Shown piece after piece: positions 1 through 13,384 of a DNA stretch of 64,000 nucleotides; the first letter of the stretch is position 1; every line of letters begins with the position of its first letter. The stretch spans positions 31,744,001 through 31,808,000 of the forward strand of contig OX597825.1 of assembly GCA_951406725.2 (NCBI GenBank). The letters are read 5' to 3'. Both the position numbers and the translations under genes were made by a program. This DNA is from Octopus vulgaris (Eukaryota). The notes beneath the pieces are model-generated. The model searched no databases. It had not been told where the DNA came from and saw only the letters and a list, made by a program, of their open reading frames with translations.

Positions 1-47
<47 letters not shown>

Positions 48-309
48 ATGATGTGTGTGTGTGTGTGTGTTTTCACAGACAGATGACTGCACTGGTATGG
101 GCTTGTGATATGATAGAGATTGAATGCTGGAATGATAAGTTGTGTGTTTTGTTGGGTTGGTGAAGAGTAAAGATGGAAATGGAAGACCAAGGAAGGTGTG
201 AGGATGTGGGATGAAGTGGCTAAGTCAGATCTCTTAATGCTTGGCTTCTCTCATCAGATGATGAAAGATCGAGATAACTGATGCTATGCTGTATTGCAGA
301 CCCATTAAC

Positions 310-696
310 AATCACAATGACGACAATGGTGATGCTGATAGTGATGCTGCTGATGCCAATGATAACAACATCGATGACAGCAATGGCGGCAGTGATGATA
401 ACGACAGTGATCGCGGTGGTGATGGAGGAGGGGGTGTGGAAGGTGGGGTGGGGTGGCAATGGTGACTGTGGTAGAGGTGGTAGCAACAGTGGTAGCAGTG
501 GTGGGGGCAGTGGTTGTGGTGGTATTGGTGGTAGTGGTGGTGGTGGTGGTGGTGAGGGTTGTGGTTGTGTTGGTGGTTGTGGCAGTAGTAGCATTAGTGG
601 TGGTTGTGGTGATGGCTGAGGACATAGTTGTGGTGGTGGCTGTGGTGGTAGTGGTGGCAACAGTAATGATAATGGAGATAACTATTATTATTATTA

Positions 697-762
<66 letters not shown>

Positions 763-807
763 CATTGTTGTTATTATTATTATTATTATTATTTATTATT
801 AATTATG

Positions 808-884
<77 letters not shown>

Positions 885-900
885 AATTATTATTATTATT
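310..900. repeat. Low-complexity (GAT/GGT)n grading into (ATT)n microsatellite
   Basis: Trinucleotide repeats read directly; source of the spurious ORFs 220-758. Confidence 0.95.
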
Positions 901-1448
901 GTAATATTAAATACATATAGTTTTAAATTTCATCAGAATTTTTATTTTTTTATTTTTGCCCATATCTTGGAGACAATTTAGACGGAGACATAAATATTTG
1001 CCTGTCGGTCATCAATCAATGATAAACTATAGCTTGATCTTATTAATCAATATACAAATTCTATATTTTTATCGTGAAATATTTGTAAATAGAACTTCAT
1101 CTTAACATAGTCATATAAAAATATTGATTGGAATCGGCTCAAAGCCAATATTATTTAAAGGAGATGTATTTTCTCTTGATTCCATTTCACACACTCCAGT
1201 ATATTACAGTCAGATCATTGCAGGGTTTATTAACAGAGAAGCAAGCGAGCAGTTGAGTTGGTTATTTGGCATCATGGAAATTATCTGAAGGAACTAATTC
1301 TTGTTAGCCTTTAATGGTCCATCATTAACTACTAATGAGGCCTGTGCTAATTCCTTGCTTCACGAAAGCACATATTTCAATTTCCATCTGTTATTTTTTA
1401 CTTGTTCCAGTTATTAGACTGTGGCCATGCTGGAGTACCACTTTAACT

Positions 1449-1620
1449 AAAAGGCACCCACTACACTCACGGAGTAGTTGGCGTAAGGAAGGGCATCCAG
1501 CAGTAGAAACACTGCCAGATCAGACTGGAGCCTAGTGCAGCCTCCTAGCTTCCCATACCCCGGTCGAACCGTCAAACCCATGCTAGCATGGAAAACGGAC
1601 ATTAAACGATGATGATGATT

Positions 1621-1657
<37 letters not shown>
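1449..1657 (+). mobile_element. RTE LINE 3' tail ending in (GAT)n, inserted inside a SINE
   Basis: aaaaggcacccactacactc...catgctagcatggaaaacggacattaaac(gat)n; same tail follows RTE coding remnants at 49750-50415. Confidence 0.75.
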
Positions 1658-1658
<1 letters not shown>

Positions 1659-1792
1659 ATTGACTCCAGTAATCATGTTTCTTTGTTAAGCTTGGTACTT
1701 ATTGTATCATTTCCTTTCTTACCAACCTGCTAAGTTACAGGAACGTAAACAAACCAACACCAGTTGTCAAACAGGTGTGTGCGTGTGTGTGT

Positions 1793-1840
<48 letters not shown>

Positions 1841-2283
1841 ATACAATGGGCTTCTTTCATTTACCACCTACCAAATCCACTCATAAGCTTTTGATTGGGC
1901 CAGGACTATAGAAGACATTGTCCAAGATGCCATACAGGAGAACTGAACCCAAAACCATGTGGTTGGGAAGCAAACTTCTTGACCACATAGCCACAATCCA
2001 TATTTATGCTTATTGAATGCATAAAACTGCCATTTCTTTCCTTTAATGTGAAATGCTTCCATTGTGTTCTTCAAATTCATTTCACATTCTTTTGTTCTTC
2101 TACTTGTTTCAGTCACAAGAGCACTGCCTTGAAAGTGTTAGTCAGTCAAATTCACACCACAGTAATTAAGCTAAGCCTGCTACTTATGAAATTAGTTCTC
2201 TTTTTTGCAAAACAAAACTTTTAAGTTGCAGGGACAGAGACAAATGAACACATTCAAACAATGAATGACAAGTACAAATATGC

Positions 2284-2314
<31 letters not shown>

Positions 2315-2446
2315 TACACACATGTACATGCATACCTACATACATACATGAATGCATGAATGCATACATACATACATACATAATTACATACATACATACA
2401 TACATTGTTGTTGTTGTTATTATTATTATTGTTGTTGTTATTATTA

Positions 2447-2507
<61 letters not shown>

Positions 2508-2520
2508 CATTATTATTATT

Positions 2521-2750
2521 ATTATTGGGGCCTTGGGATATGTAACACGCTGCCTAAATACCAATCTTGAGAAATTAGGCTTCTCAAAACCAGAAAGGAG
2601 AAAGCTAATTTGAAGGCTACAGATCCAGTCCATCACTGGAACTGTAAAAAATCTGTAAAACTTTCCAGAGTTTGTTATTTAAGTATATATGAGCACATCT
2701 AGATATGCAACTATATGCATAAGAATACATACATAAAACATACAAATCTG
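2521..2750 (+). mobile_element. R4/Dong-type LINE 3' fragment (end of restriction-like endonuclease domain) abutting an (ATT)n tract
   Basis: Translates IIGALGYVTRCLNTNLEKLGF...LQIQSITGTVKICKTF, resembling the IGALG...LGT C-terminus of R4/Dong ORFs; Dong elements are known to target TAA repeats. Confidence 0.6.
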
Positions 2751-2751
2751 C

Positions 2752-2766
2752 ACATACATACATACA

Positions 2767-2800
<34 letters not shown>

Positions 2801-3227
2801 CATACATGTATGCATGCGTGCATACATACATACATACATACATACATGCATGCATGCATGTATGCATGCATGCATACATACATACATGCATGCATGCATG
2901 CATGCATGCATGTATGCATGCATGCATGCATGCATGCATACATACATACATACATACATGCATGCATACATACATACATACATACATACATACATACATG
3001 CATGCATGCATGCATACATACATGCATGCATGCATGTATGCATGCATGCATACATACATACATACATACATACATGCATGCATGCATGCATGCATACATA
3101 CATGCATGCATGCATGCATGCATGCATGCATACATACATACATACATACATACATACATACATAACATACATACATACATACATACATACATACATACAT
3201 ACATACATACATACATACATACATACA

Positions 3228-3256
<29 letters not shown>
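2752..3256. repeat. Mosaic (CATA)n/(CATG)n tetranucleotide microsatellite
   Basis: Read directly; explains the MYVC/HTYI ORFs. Confidence 0.97.
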
Positions 3257-3258
<2 letters not shown>

Positions 3259-3938
3259 CCTCAATTCATACACTATAAATGATCACAATATCTGGGACTA
3301 TGAAAATCTGCAAGACCTTCTTCAGAAGTAAAGTAAAGTATGATGAATGAAACAAGATGCTTTCCTTCACAACCTTTGCTATCAAGAAGGTAGCCAGTCA
3401 ATATTTATTCTAAATTTAAAAAGAGAAAGAAGAAAAGAACAAATATATAAACAATAGGTTTCTTTCAATTTCCCTTGACCAAATTGCCTACGAACATTTT
3501 GGTCAGCCTAGGGCAGCAGTAGAAGAGACTTGCCCATGGTGCCACGCTGTGAGATTGAACCCATGACTACATGGTTGGGAAAAAGCTTCTTGACCACACA
3601 ACCACACTAAACAGAGGAATATTATCGAATTCTTCTGTTGATGGGTTAGTGTTAACTCACTAAATCTTTTATGAAAATATTTCAACAAGGAAGACAATTA
3701 ATGAGTTTCAGTTAATTTCTAAGATATTAAAGAATTCGTTAATCCAAATATTGGTTATTGTCATTGCTGTTGTTGTTCAGGCAGAAATTTTAAGGTCAGA
3801 TGCTAATCCCAACACCAGCCTTTATCCTTTTTCTTTCTTTCTTCGAGTAAGGGATTCTTTTTTTTTTTTATTTCTGTGGAATTCAAAAGTCCAGAGCTAG
3901 CAGACAATTTGTTGGTAGGGAATGTAAACAAACCTTAC

Positions 3939-3986
3939 CATTTCCAACTCAACGACAAACGGTGTCCTCACTATTTTGTAACTGAG
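3939..3986 (-). CDS. Candidate internal host exon (LSYKIVRTPFVVELEM), product unknown
   Basis: tttgcAG acceptor, GTaagg donor, 48 nt open phase 0-0, non-repetitive context. Confidence 0.3.
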
Positions 3987-5047
3987 CTGCAAATGATGAA
4001 GTCACCATCTGTAGCCCTAACTCACCATAATTTTACAAACATTCACACACACACACACACATACACACACACTCGTAACTGATAGTCTTCTTTTAGTTTC
4101 TGTATACCAAATACACTCATAAAGCATTGATTGTTCTGACTCAGTGCTATTACAGAAAACACTTGCTCAAAGTGTCAGGTAGTGTGACTGCACCCAGAAC
4201 CAAATGGTTTGAAAATGAACTTCTTAGTCACATACCCATATACGAATGTGTGAGTGGATGTGTATATACATGCATACTTACATGTGTACATGATGATTGC
4301 CTCATCTTGTCAGATGATAGCCATCTCACATTAATTGGTAGTCAGACATCTGGATTTAAGTGACAAAAGCTGGTACAACAACAGTTTTGCCACTCTCTCC
4401 ATTGCCAAAGTTGGTTCCAGTGACAAGCATTGTAAGATGACTGCTTCTAATTTTGACTGTAAGTTTTATATGAAAAACAGAATTTTTCTCCCAGAAGAAC
4501 TGCCTTCCACACAGCTTTGTCAAAAATAAACAGGAGCCTCCTCCACTCATAGAAAATCAATTTAACTCATTGGTGGGACTCTGACAGGTACTACCATTCC
4601 AGGTCAGAACACACCTGGGAGTAATGGTAATCAAGGAGTAACTCGATGCTCCCCACAAATCCAGAATTCCTGAACTGGAACCTCGACACCACTAGAAGCA
4701 GCTTAATGTGCTGTCCAGGACACACATACATGCATACTTATATACATGTATGTGCGTGTGTGTATGTATGTGTCTGTGTGTGCATGTGTATGTGTGTACA
4801 TGTGTGTGTAGTATAATTACACACACACACATACATACACACACACACATGTGCGGGTACACACATACACGTATGTCACTTGTGTTTTACCATGTATATA
4901 TGTGTGTATGTGTGTTTGCATGTAGATGAAGAGCAAGATTTGACAAATATCCTACAAAATAACATTAACTGATTCTCTTTGGTGACACATCCTGAAAAGG
5001 AGTGGAGTGCCAAATCCTGAATATGGTATTTATGACAGATACAAACC

Positions 5048-5278
5048 TTAATACTTTGGCATTTAAAACGTCCATATCCAGCTCAAAACTTCTTTCTGCT
5101 TTATGTTCAAACCAGCCACATCCGGTCTCTCACACCTATACTACAATGTCATTCTAAAAATAATAAGCAATCACATCACTGAAATCTCAAAGCTACAAGA
5201 TAATACATGATTAATTGAAAACAATATAAGTAAACAAACACTACATTTGATAGAGTTATCTGAATGCTAGATGGTTAA
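5048..5278. mobile_element. piggyBac-type MITE (degenerate)
   Basis: TTAA at both ends, imperfect TIRs (tactttggcatt / aatgctagatgg); homologous copy at 35140-35351. Confidence 0.55.
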
Positions 5279-6098
5279 CTGACTTCACACAGTTCTGAGA
5301 GAAATAGTTGGAACTTATTTAAAAGGAGCTTACTTATATTAAAATATATTTGAATTTAGTTCTACACACCAGTTTGTGAATCTTGTAAAGAATTCAACAA
5401 AAACTGAACATATTGGTTTATTTCTAGTTCTTACTATTCTTTTCTAATCTAGGCACAAGGCCCAAAATTTTGGATAAGGAATTCAGTTGATTAGATCGTC
5501 TCCACAACACAACTGGTATTTAGTTTATCAACCCTGAAAGGATGAAAGGTAAATTTGACCTTGGCAGAATTTGAACTCAGAACGTAAAGACAGATGAAAT
5601 ACCACTAAGCATTTAACTTCAGGTCAAGCTGGAGTTAAGGTAATGAGCTGGCAGAATTGTTAGCATGTAGGACAAAATTGCTTAGTAGCATTTCTTTATG
5701 TTCTGAGTTCAAAGTCTGCTGAGATTGACTCTGCGTTTCATCTTTTTCGGAGTTGACAAAGCAAGTACCAATCAAGAAATGGGGTCGATGTAATTGACTA
5801 GCCTCCACCCACAAAAATTTCAGACCTTATATCAATAGCAGAAAGAGTTATTTGACTCCAGGACAACCCTAATTGGGCAGATTTATGATCAAAGGTGTAC
5901 CACCTCAGATTACTTTACCAATTTTTATTCTGAGTAATCATATATGGAACTATATCCAATATTTCTTTTTTTTTTAAGGCAGTAGTGTGTGATTTGAAGG
6001 GTATTTAGCTGCTATATTTAACAGATCAAGTGACCACATAGAGATTGTCATATTAATTCAGTTAGTTATGTAGTAATAAAATGTACTGTAACTCTCTC

Positions 6099-6150
<52 letters not shown>

Positions 6151-6182
6151 CCTCTCTCTTCTACCATTTCTACAATACTTAC

Positions 6183-6290
6183 CATTTCCATTAAAATCCT
6201 TTCAATATCCTCTCTTATCTCCTTGTGATTCCACACAATATTGGATACATTTCTTAATCCTTTCTCTCTACATTTTTGACAAAAAACTTC
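6183..6290 (-). CDS. Candidate internal host exon (EVFCQKCREKGLRNVSNIVWNHKEIREDIERILMEM), product unknown
   Basis: ttactAG acceptor, consensus GTAAGT donor, 108 nt open phase 0-0, protein-like composition. Confidence 0.5.
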
Positions 6291-7694
6291 CTAGTAATGC
6301 ACTTTTATCCAACAGCATTGTTCTGCAGAAATTTTAGCAGGATCTGCTAAATTTCTCTTTTTGACATATTTTTTAACATATTTCTTATTTTTTGTTAAAT
6401 AGGCACAAAGATATGGTTATGTGGACAGAAGCAGGCATGGCAGTATGGTATGAAGCTTGCTCCCCAACCACATGATTCTGGGTTCAATCCCACTGTGTAA
6501 CACCTTGGTTTATTTAACTAGTGTCTTCTACTATAGCCTCAGACTAACCGAGGATTTTTAAGCAAATTTGGTTGGCAGAAACTGAAAGAAGCCTGCCATG
6601 TGCGTGTGCACGTGTGCTTGCATGTGTGTGCATGCATATACATACATGCATCCATGCATGTGTGTATGTATGTGTGGTGTGTGTATGTGTGGTGTGTGTG
6701 TGTGTGTGTGTGTTTGCACTCTTCCATTGCTTGATATCTTGTGTTGGTTTATTTAAGAGAATGACAAAATAAGGACCTGGCTTAGAAAAAAAAAACAGTT
6801 CTGGGGTCAATTTGTTCAATTAAAACCCTTCAAAGCAGTGCCCAAGCATGGCTGCAGTTCAATGACTAAAACAAGGAAACGGTAAAAAAAAAAAGATATA
6901 TTCAAAGAATAGCAAAGAAAAAAAAGAAAGAAAGAAAAAAGAAAATAACAAAATGCATACTATTGGAACCTTAGATCAAAGCAAAGTGATTTGATTTAAG
7001 ATTAGGTGCATTGACCCAGAAATACAATGTGACACACAGAGAAAAATTGAGCACAGGATCCATGGCAGCCAACAGGCAGTCCAATAAATTATCCAATGAA
7101 AATAAAACTCTAGTTTCACTTTGAAATAAGATCATTAGTTTATAACGCAGAGAGAGAGAGAAGAGAGCTCATAATGAGTGTCTCCTAATTAGTAAGGTTA
7201 AATCAATATCTCTGTACCCAAATCTATTCCATTAACAAGTGAACTATGTTGACCTCACTCTGGCGAATTCAATGAGTAACAAGCATCGGTAAGGTTGATT
7301 TAATTATCAAATGTTGTGTGTGTGTGTGTGTATGGGATTATAAATGATGGCTAAATCTATAGACTCATGAATGGAATTAAGATTTATGCCTAAATCTAAA
7401 GAACTGCGAATTATTGTTTACAAGCACACGTATGCTTGTAGGGAATGTGAGTGACAGGTCAACAGGTTTATAAACAATTAGCTGAGAAATCTGTGATTTA
7501 TGCACTGGCTTTGACATGATGTGTTTTTGTTGTTTTTATTCTGATGTGCAGAACATACAAAAACAAAAGCTCACCCCCACTTGCTCTGACTTCAATCATA
7601 TGATATTACTATGAGTAAATCATTAATAGAAAATACATATTTTGAAAATTAAATACTATGAAACAGCGCTGATATGGATGCCTGCCTTATTGAA

Positions 7695-8152
7695 TTGTTC
7701 TTTGCCTGTTGTACAGCTTGGTAGACTGAGCTTTTTCAAATAGCTGAGTGATGTGTATAGCATTATACCAGTGATACGACACTACCATGGATCTAGTTTG
7801 GAGAGAGACAAGTTCTACTAGGCTGACTTAACCAAAACACAGTTGCTAAAGAATTGTTTCTACCTTGTTGTACCTATATACAGCTAGGCGGACTGGACTA
7901 TTTAAAATAACTGAGTAATGGACCCAGTAACAAGACTCCAGTATGGCTGTAGGTTAGCAAAGCACAAGCTCAGCTAGGCTGACCAATCCAGAAAACTGTT
8001 CCTGGCCTGTTGTACCTATTTACAGCTAGGCAGACTGAGCTGGTTAAAATTGCAGCCATAGTCATGAGCAGAGCATTGTGTCAGTGACAGGATTTCACAA
8101 TGGTTGTTGTTTCGGTTGAGAGACAGGCTCTTCCAGGCTGATTTATCCACGA
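7695..8152. repeat. Three degenerate tandem units of ~145-160 bp
   Basis: Recurring tgttgtac(ctatttac)agctaggcagactg ... aggctgac motifs starting near 7695, 7852 and 7996. Confidence 0.7.
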
Positions 8153-8362
8153 TACTCTATATGACATAAAGATAAAATTTGTAGAGGTGACCCAACATCC
8201 CAAGGGAATTCACCACAAAAAGGTTTCCCAGTAATGTAAATGGTGTACATAACATATTTCTCATCTCAGAAATATAGAATTGTATATCCAACTGGTAGAG
8301 AGTTGACATAAGAAATCAATGGAGGTTTATAAGCCTTAAAAATTCACTCTGATACTGCCTAT

Positions 8363-8570
8363 GGGCATAGTGTAGTGGATAAAAGTGTTGGTTAATGCAG
8401 TGCAGTCAGCTAAAGATTCTGAGTTCAAACCCAGGTAAAGTACTAAGGTGATTCACAAGACACCTGAAGAAGGCTGGAACATACACAGCTGAAACAAGAT
8501 GAGGACACCACTTTGACAAATGTCGACAGTGTATACAATATAAATTCTTCATCTCAGAAATATAAAATTG
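8363..8570 (+). mobile_element. Degenerate copy of the tRNA-headed, hammerhead-tailed SINE-like element
   Basis: A box-like catagtgtagtgg, B box gagttcaaaccc, caagacacCTGAAGAaggctg...cagctGAAAC and tail ttcatctcagaaatata, all collinear with 37649-38016. Confidence 0.7.
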
Positions 8571-10397
8571 CTTCCCAATTTATTTTTTGATTGATTTCTT
8601 TCCTACATAAGCATCAAGCCCCACTGTTTAAGGAAAAGACAAGAATAAAAACAACTTCATTGTCTTTCCCAAAGGTTTTAACAAATAAGTGCATGAATGA
8701 CTTATGAGTACAAGCATAAGAAACTTATTTCTTACACTTGTGGTTAAGAAGCTTACTTCATAACAACACAGTTTTGAGTTCAATTTCACTATACGGCACT
8801 TTGGAAGTACTTCTACAAATAGCCTCGGATCAACCAAAACTTTTGTAACTAAATTTTGGTGGATGGGGTGTAGAAGCCTATTGGAAGGACCTTTCTTGTT
8901 CTTCTGTGGTAGACTCAAACTTACAGGATTGAAAGACAAACTTCTTAATCCTTTGGCGATGTTTGTGCCTGTAGCTTGACCTCGGCTGGATTTGAACTCA
9001 GAGTGAAAAGAGCCAAAATTAATATTGCAAGACAATGCTTTCTACCTGTCAGTTTGCCTCCTCCAAAGAAATAACAGAATAAAAACACACAGACTACAAT
9101 TTTATTGTCCCAGGCATCTTCATCAAGCTGAGTCTTGGAGTAAAAACTTGAAAAGAAGAGAGAGATAAATGAGATGTTGTGGGTATTTTTTTTTTTGAAA
9201 AATTGAAATTTTACAAACAATTTTTTTTCAGAATCAGATTCTCCATAACCGAAAAACATTGGATTCCATAAAAAAAATCAATATATATCCATTTTCCTGA
9301 AAGTTATGAGGGAAAAATCAGATTTTGTGAATTTTCCGAAAGTCCTCTCCCCACCACCTCCAGGTTCGTTTGCGCAATTCTTTTTTCTTTTATATTCATT
9401 TTCTATACAGTTGTTAACACCCAGCGGGCTGAGGTTTTCTTTTTGTCTTCGTTAACGAGTGAGCATCTTTATATTGACCAAAGAAATTTCATCAAATGTT
9501 TGGTAAGTTCACAAGAAGTAACTGATAGTTTTTGTTACCTAGGCAATGTAACTACATACATATTGAGTCTTTCATTCATTATATTCCTGTTTAATCTCTA
9601 TCAACTACTCTTCTTTGCAACCATCTCATCTTTCATCCTCTCTCCTATTCCTTGTACTACATTAAGTAACAAAGAATTGCATCTGATCTATTCACATTCA
9701 GCCTTTTTGCTATCTTCTCCTCTGCCAACATGATGCCTGTGTAACGTGGGATGGTACTTACAAGTCTATATTCAGTATTTCTCTCTATCACTCTTCATCA
9801 TTTCGTGCCATCATGTTCACTTCCTCACATAACTCCATTGACATTGACCACTTTCACTCCTCATCATTGTCCATCTCTATTGCTATCCATCACACGTGTT
9901 GTCTTAATTGTCAATCCCATCAACAGCATAATTATTACTGTCTCATTCCCATTACTCCCTCATCCCATCCTCTCACATCAATGTTTCCTCCTCTTTCTCA
10001 AATTCATATGCTTTTCCTTTCTTCTTGGTCATCACTTTCTCTTCTATCTATCCTCAGTCACATTTAACCTTAAAAATCTGGAGACAAATCCAGAGAAGTT
10101 TTTAGCCTTGATGAAGTAACAGCAACATCTATAGTGTTGGTGGCATAATAAAATGCATTGAGTACTTACTGGAAAGTGATTGACTGGCAAACCAAGGCTG
10201 ATGTCTCTTAAAAATGACTCTTCAGTCTTGATGGGAATAAAGCAACCTCTCTAGTGCTGGTGCCATAAAAAATGTTCCCAGTAACACTTTGTAAAATAGT
10301 TGGCCACAGAAACAATGCCAAAAGTAAAAAGTACAAATGACAGCACATATTATCACCAGTGAGGTGAACTGAGGTGGAGAGGGGAAAGAAGTGAGAG

Positions 10398-10950
10398 TAT
10401 GGTGAAGGAGCATCAGTGGTGCTTTTCCCTGGCATGAAACCAAACTGCATCTCATCCAAGCTGACTCTCTCCCTAATTAGTTGGGCTATGACCCTCTCAG
10501 TGATCTTCATTACCTGATCCAACAGCTTGATACCTCTGTAATTATTTGTATCTAAAGCGTCACCTTTACCTTTGTAGCAGTTGACTATTATGCTGCTACA
10601 CCAGTCATTGGGTATGACTCCTTTGTCTATCACCTATTTCTTTACTACCCACAAGGGGCTAAACACAGAGGGGACAAACAAGGACAGACAAACGGATTAA
10701 GTCAATTATATCGACCTCAGTGCGTAACTGGTACTTAATTTATCGACCCCGAAAGGATGAAAGGCAAAGTCGATCTCGGCGGAATTTGAACTCAGAACAT
10801 AATGGCAGACAAAATACAGCTACGCATTTCGCTCAGCATGCTAACGTTTCTGCCAGCTTGCCTTTGTCTATCACCTGGTTAACTATGCGGGTGACCAGGC
10901 TATAGCCGACACTGCCAGATATTTTGAGCATCTCTGCAGTAATTCTTGAT
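10398..10950 (-). mobile_element. RTE LINE reverse transcriptase fragment split by a SINE
   Basis: IPNDWCSSIIVNCYKGKGD...NYRGIKLLDQVMKITERV...QFGFMPGKSTTDA and upstream SPGPSRITAEMLK are LINE RT domain 0-2 motifs. Confidence 0.9.
10636..10860 (-). mobile_element. tRNA-derived SINE with Meta-domain-like core, 16-bp TSD
   Basis: Core gactttgcctttcatcctttcggggtcgataaattaagtaccag; TSD cctttgtctatcacct at 10620-10635 and 10861-10876. Confidence 0.9.
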
Positions 10951-11252
10951 GGGCCGGGGGATGTGGAGGGGGTAGAAAATGGAAGAGATGATGATAGATG
11001 TGATGGAAGAGAAGTAGTAATGTCAGGAGGAGAGTAATGCAAGGAGTAAAAAGAAAGACAGAAGTTAAAGACTGGGAGAGGTGGGAGAGTGGTTGGTAGT
11101 GAGAGGTAAGAGAGTGTAGAGGAGTGGAAAATGACTGGGCAGCAGGAGAGATTAGGAAGAGTGGCTGTAGGAGTAGTTGAAAGTGGTAAAGTAGGAGGGA
11201 CACTAATAGAGCTACATGCATGCTTACAGAATAGAGGTGATGAGAGAAAGAA

Positions 11253-11288
<36 letters not shown>

Positions 11289-12113
11289 AGAAAGAAAGAG
11301 AGATAGAAAGAGGGAGAGAGAGAGCAGATGGAGAGGGCATTAGATGTTAGAACTATGTCAATCATTGGTATGTAGGCATCAAGATAAGAGAGAGACTATT
11401 TAAGCAAATACCCTTTTGAGAGAGAGAGAGAGAGTGAGAGGGAGACAGACAGACAGACAGAGAGGGGAGAGAGAGATAAACCGACAGACCAACAGACCAA
11501 CCGACAGACAGACAGACAGAGAGGGGAGAGAGAGATAGACCAACAGACCGACAGACAGACAGACAGACAGAGACAGACAAAGAGAGAGACAGTGAGAGAA
11601 AAGCTTATGAGGCAAAAAACATATTCAGGTTTCTGAGGTGTCAAAGAGCACAAGACTTCAACTCCGAACATGATGTTTGTCTATTACGGGGTTAACCATC
11701 AGTTGCTACTGGTACACAGTTTTAGCTAAGTAGACTGAAGCAACATGAAAGGACACAATGGAATTCCTGGCCCAGGAATCAAACCCACAACCGAATGATG
11801 ATGAGCAGAGACAGGCTAACGGCTAAGCCACATGTTTCATAGGAAATAGAAAATGATAACGAAATCTGAAGCTAAAAACCAGAAATTAATTACTACAGTA
11901 CAGTATAGTTATGTATGAAGAGTCATGTGTGATAGTCTCAATAATTTGTGTATGTGTACCAGATTCCATATATTTACACAAGCACACACACACACACACA
12001 CAAACTCATGCACACACACACAAACTCATGCACACACACACACATATATATACTGCTCGTTATTTTTCTGTTGGCATGAGTCATATAATACATTCATATA
12101 CACACATGCTCAA

Positions 12114-12149
<36 letters not shown>

Positions 12150-12152
<3 letters not shown>

Positions 12153-12450
12153 GTTCATCATTTAACGTCCGCTTTCCATGCTAGCATGGGTTGGACGATT
12201 TTTACTGAGGGCTGGCAAACCAGATGGCTGCACCAGGCTCTAATCTTGATCTGGCAGAGTTTCTACAGCTGGATGCCCTTCCTAATGCCAACCACTCCGA
12301 GAGTGGAGTGGGTGCTTTTTACGTGCCACCGGCACGGGGTCCAGTCAGGTGGTACTGGCAATGACCTCGCTCAAATCATTTTACACATGCCACCAGCACA
12401 GGTGCCAGTGAAGCGACATTGGTAACGATCATGCTCGAATGGTGCCCTTT
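12150..12450 (-). mobile_element. RTE LINE 3' UTR/tail with hairpin repeat units
   Basis: Reverse complement of the tail at 59750-60120. Confidence 0.75.
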
Positions 12451-12460
12451 TAGAATGGTG

Positions 12461-12553
<93 letters not shown>

Positions 12554-12724
12554 TCATCATCATTATCATCATTTAATGTCCATCTTCTATGTATGCATGG
12601 GTAGGACGGTTGACAGGAGCCAGCCAGGTAGAAAAACTACCCTAGGCTACAGTGTCTGTTTTGGCAGAGATTTTACAGCTGGATACCCTCATTTTAACAG
12701 ATATACATCTCATTTTAACAGATA

Positions 12725-13384
12725 TATTTACCAAAATTACATAAAAATATCTTGAAATACAAAAAAGTAAATTTTCTGGATAGTCTCCTTGTTTAAGTTG
12801 GTGAATGCTGCTGTAATTCCTGCCTTCAGTTCATCTTTGGTGTTACAAGGAGTCTCTTGCTCAACTGTGCCCCGCACATAATAATCAAGGGGTTTGCAGT
12901 GTGGGGAGTTAAGTGGCCAGATAGGGTTCTTGCTTGTGTGGCATAGTGCAAAATCCTGTTACCAGACATAGGGTGTTCCAGCAGCTGCCTCTTGAGCCAG
13001 GGAAGCACTACCTTCTCCAGATGCTTAATGTATCCCCCCGTATTGAGTGTGAGGCCTTGTGGGGAGATTAATGGAGGTATGATGTTGCCATCACTAGTGA
13101 TCACTCCAAACACCATGATGTTGACTGGATGTTTGATTTTTATCCCTCTTAGTATATGTTTGTAATGAATATGTTCATATTGAAGCTTCTGGTGTGCATG
13201 CTAAGCAGTACAGCATGTTGTTTCCAAATTTCTGGCCGAGTGAATTGCTTCCTGGTGCTGTTCTTCTCACAGACGGTGCCCAACTGACCCTACCATACTG
13301 TGTAGTCAACAAAATCAAAGACAAGCAATGCACATACGCAAAATTATAAATAGGAAATGGCAACAATTCACCCATCACACCCTG
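12725..13384 (-). mobile_element. Tc1/mariner (maT/DD37D-like) transposon remnant
   Basis: TA-CAGGGTG terminus at 13384; frameshifted VMVFGVITSDG...YIKHLEKVVLPWLK transposase motif. Confidence 0.75.

Noticed and set aside
220-900. Pro/Gly/Thr/Val/Tyr-rich ORFs here and similar ones at 2617-3331, 27057-27623, 34464-35006, 54247-54740, 57059-57418
   Set aside because: Translations of microsatellites open in several frames on both strands; no evidence of coding.
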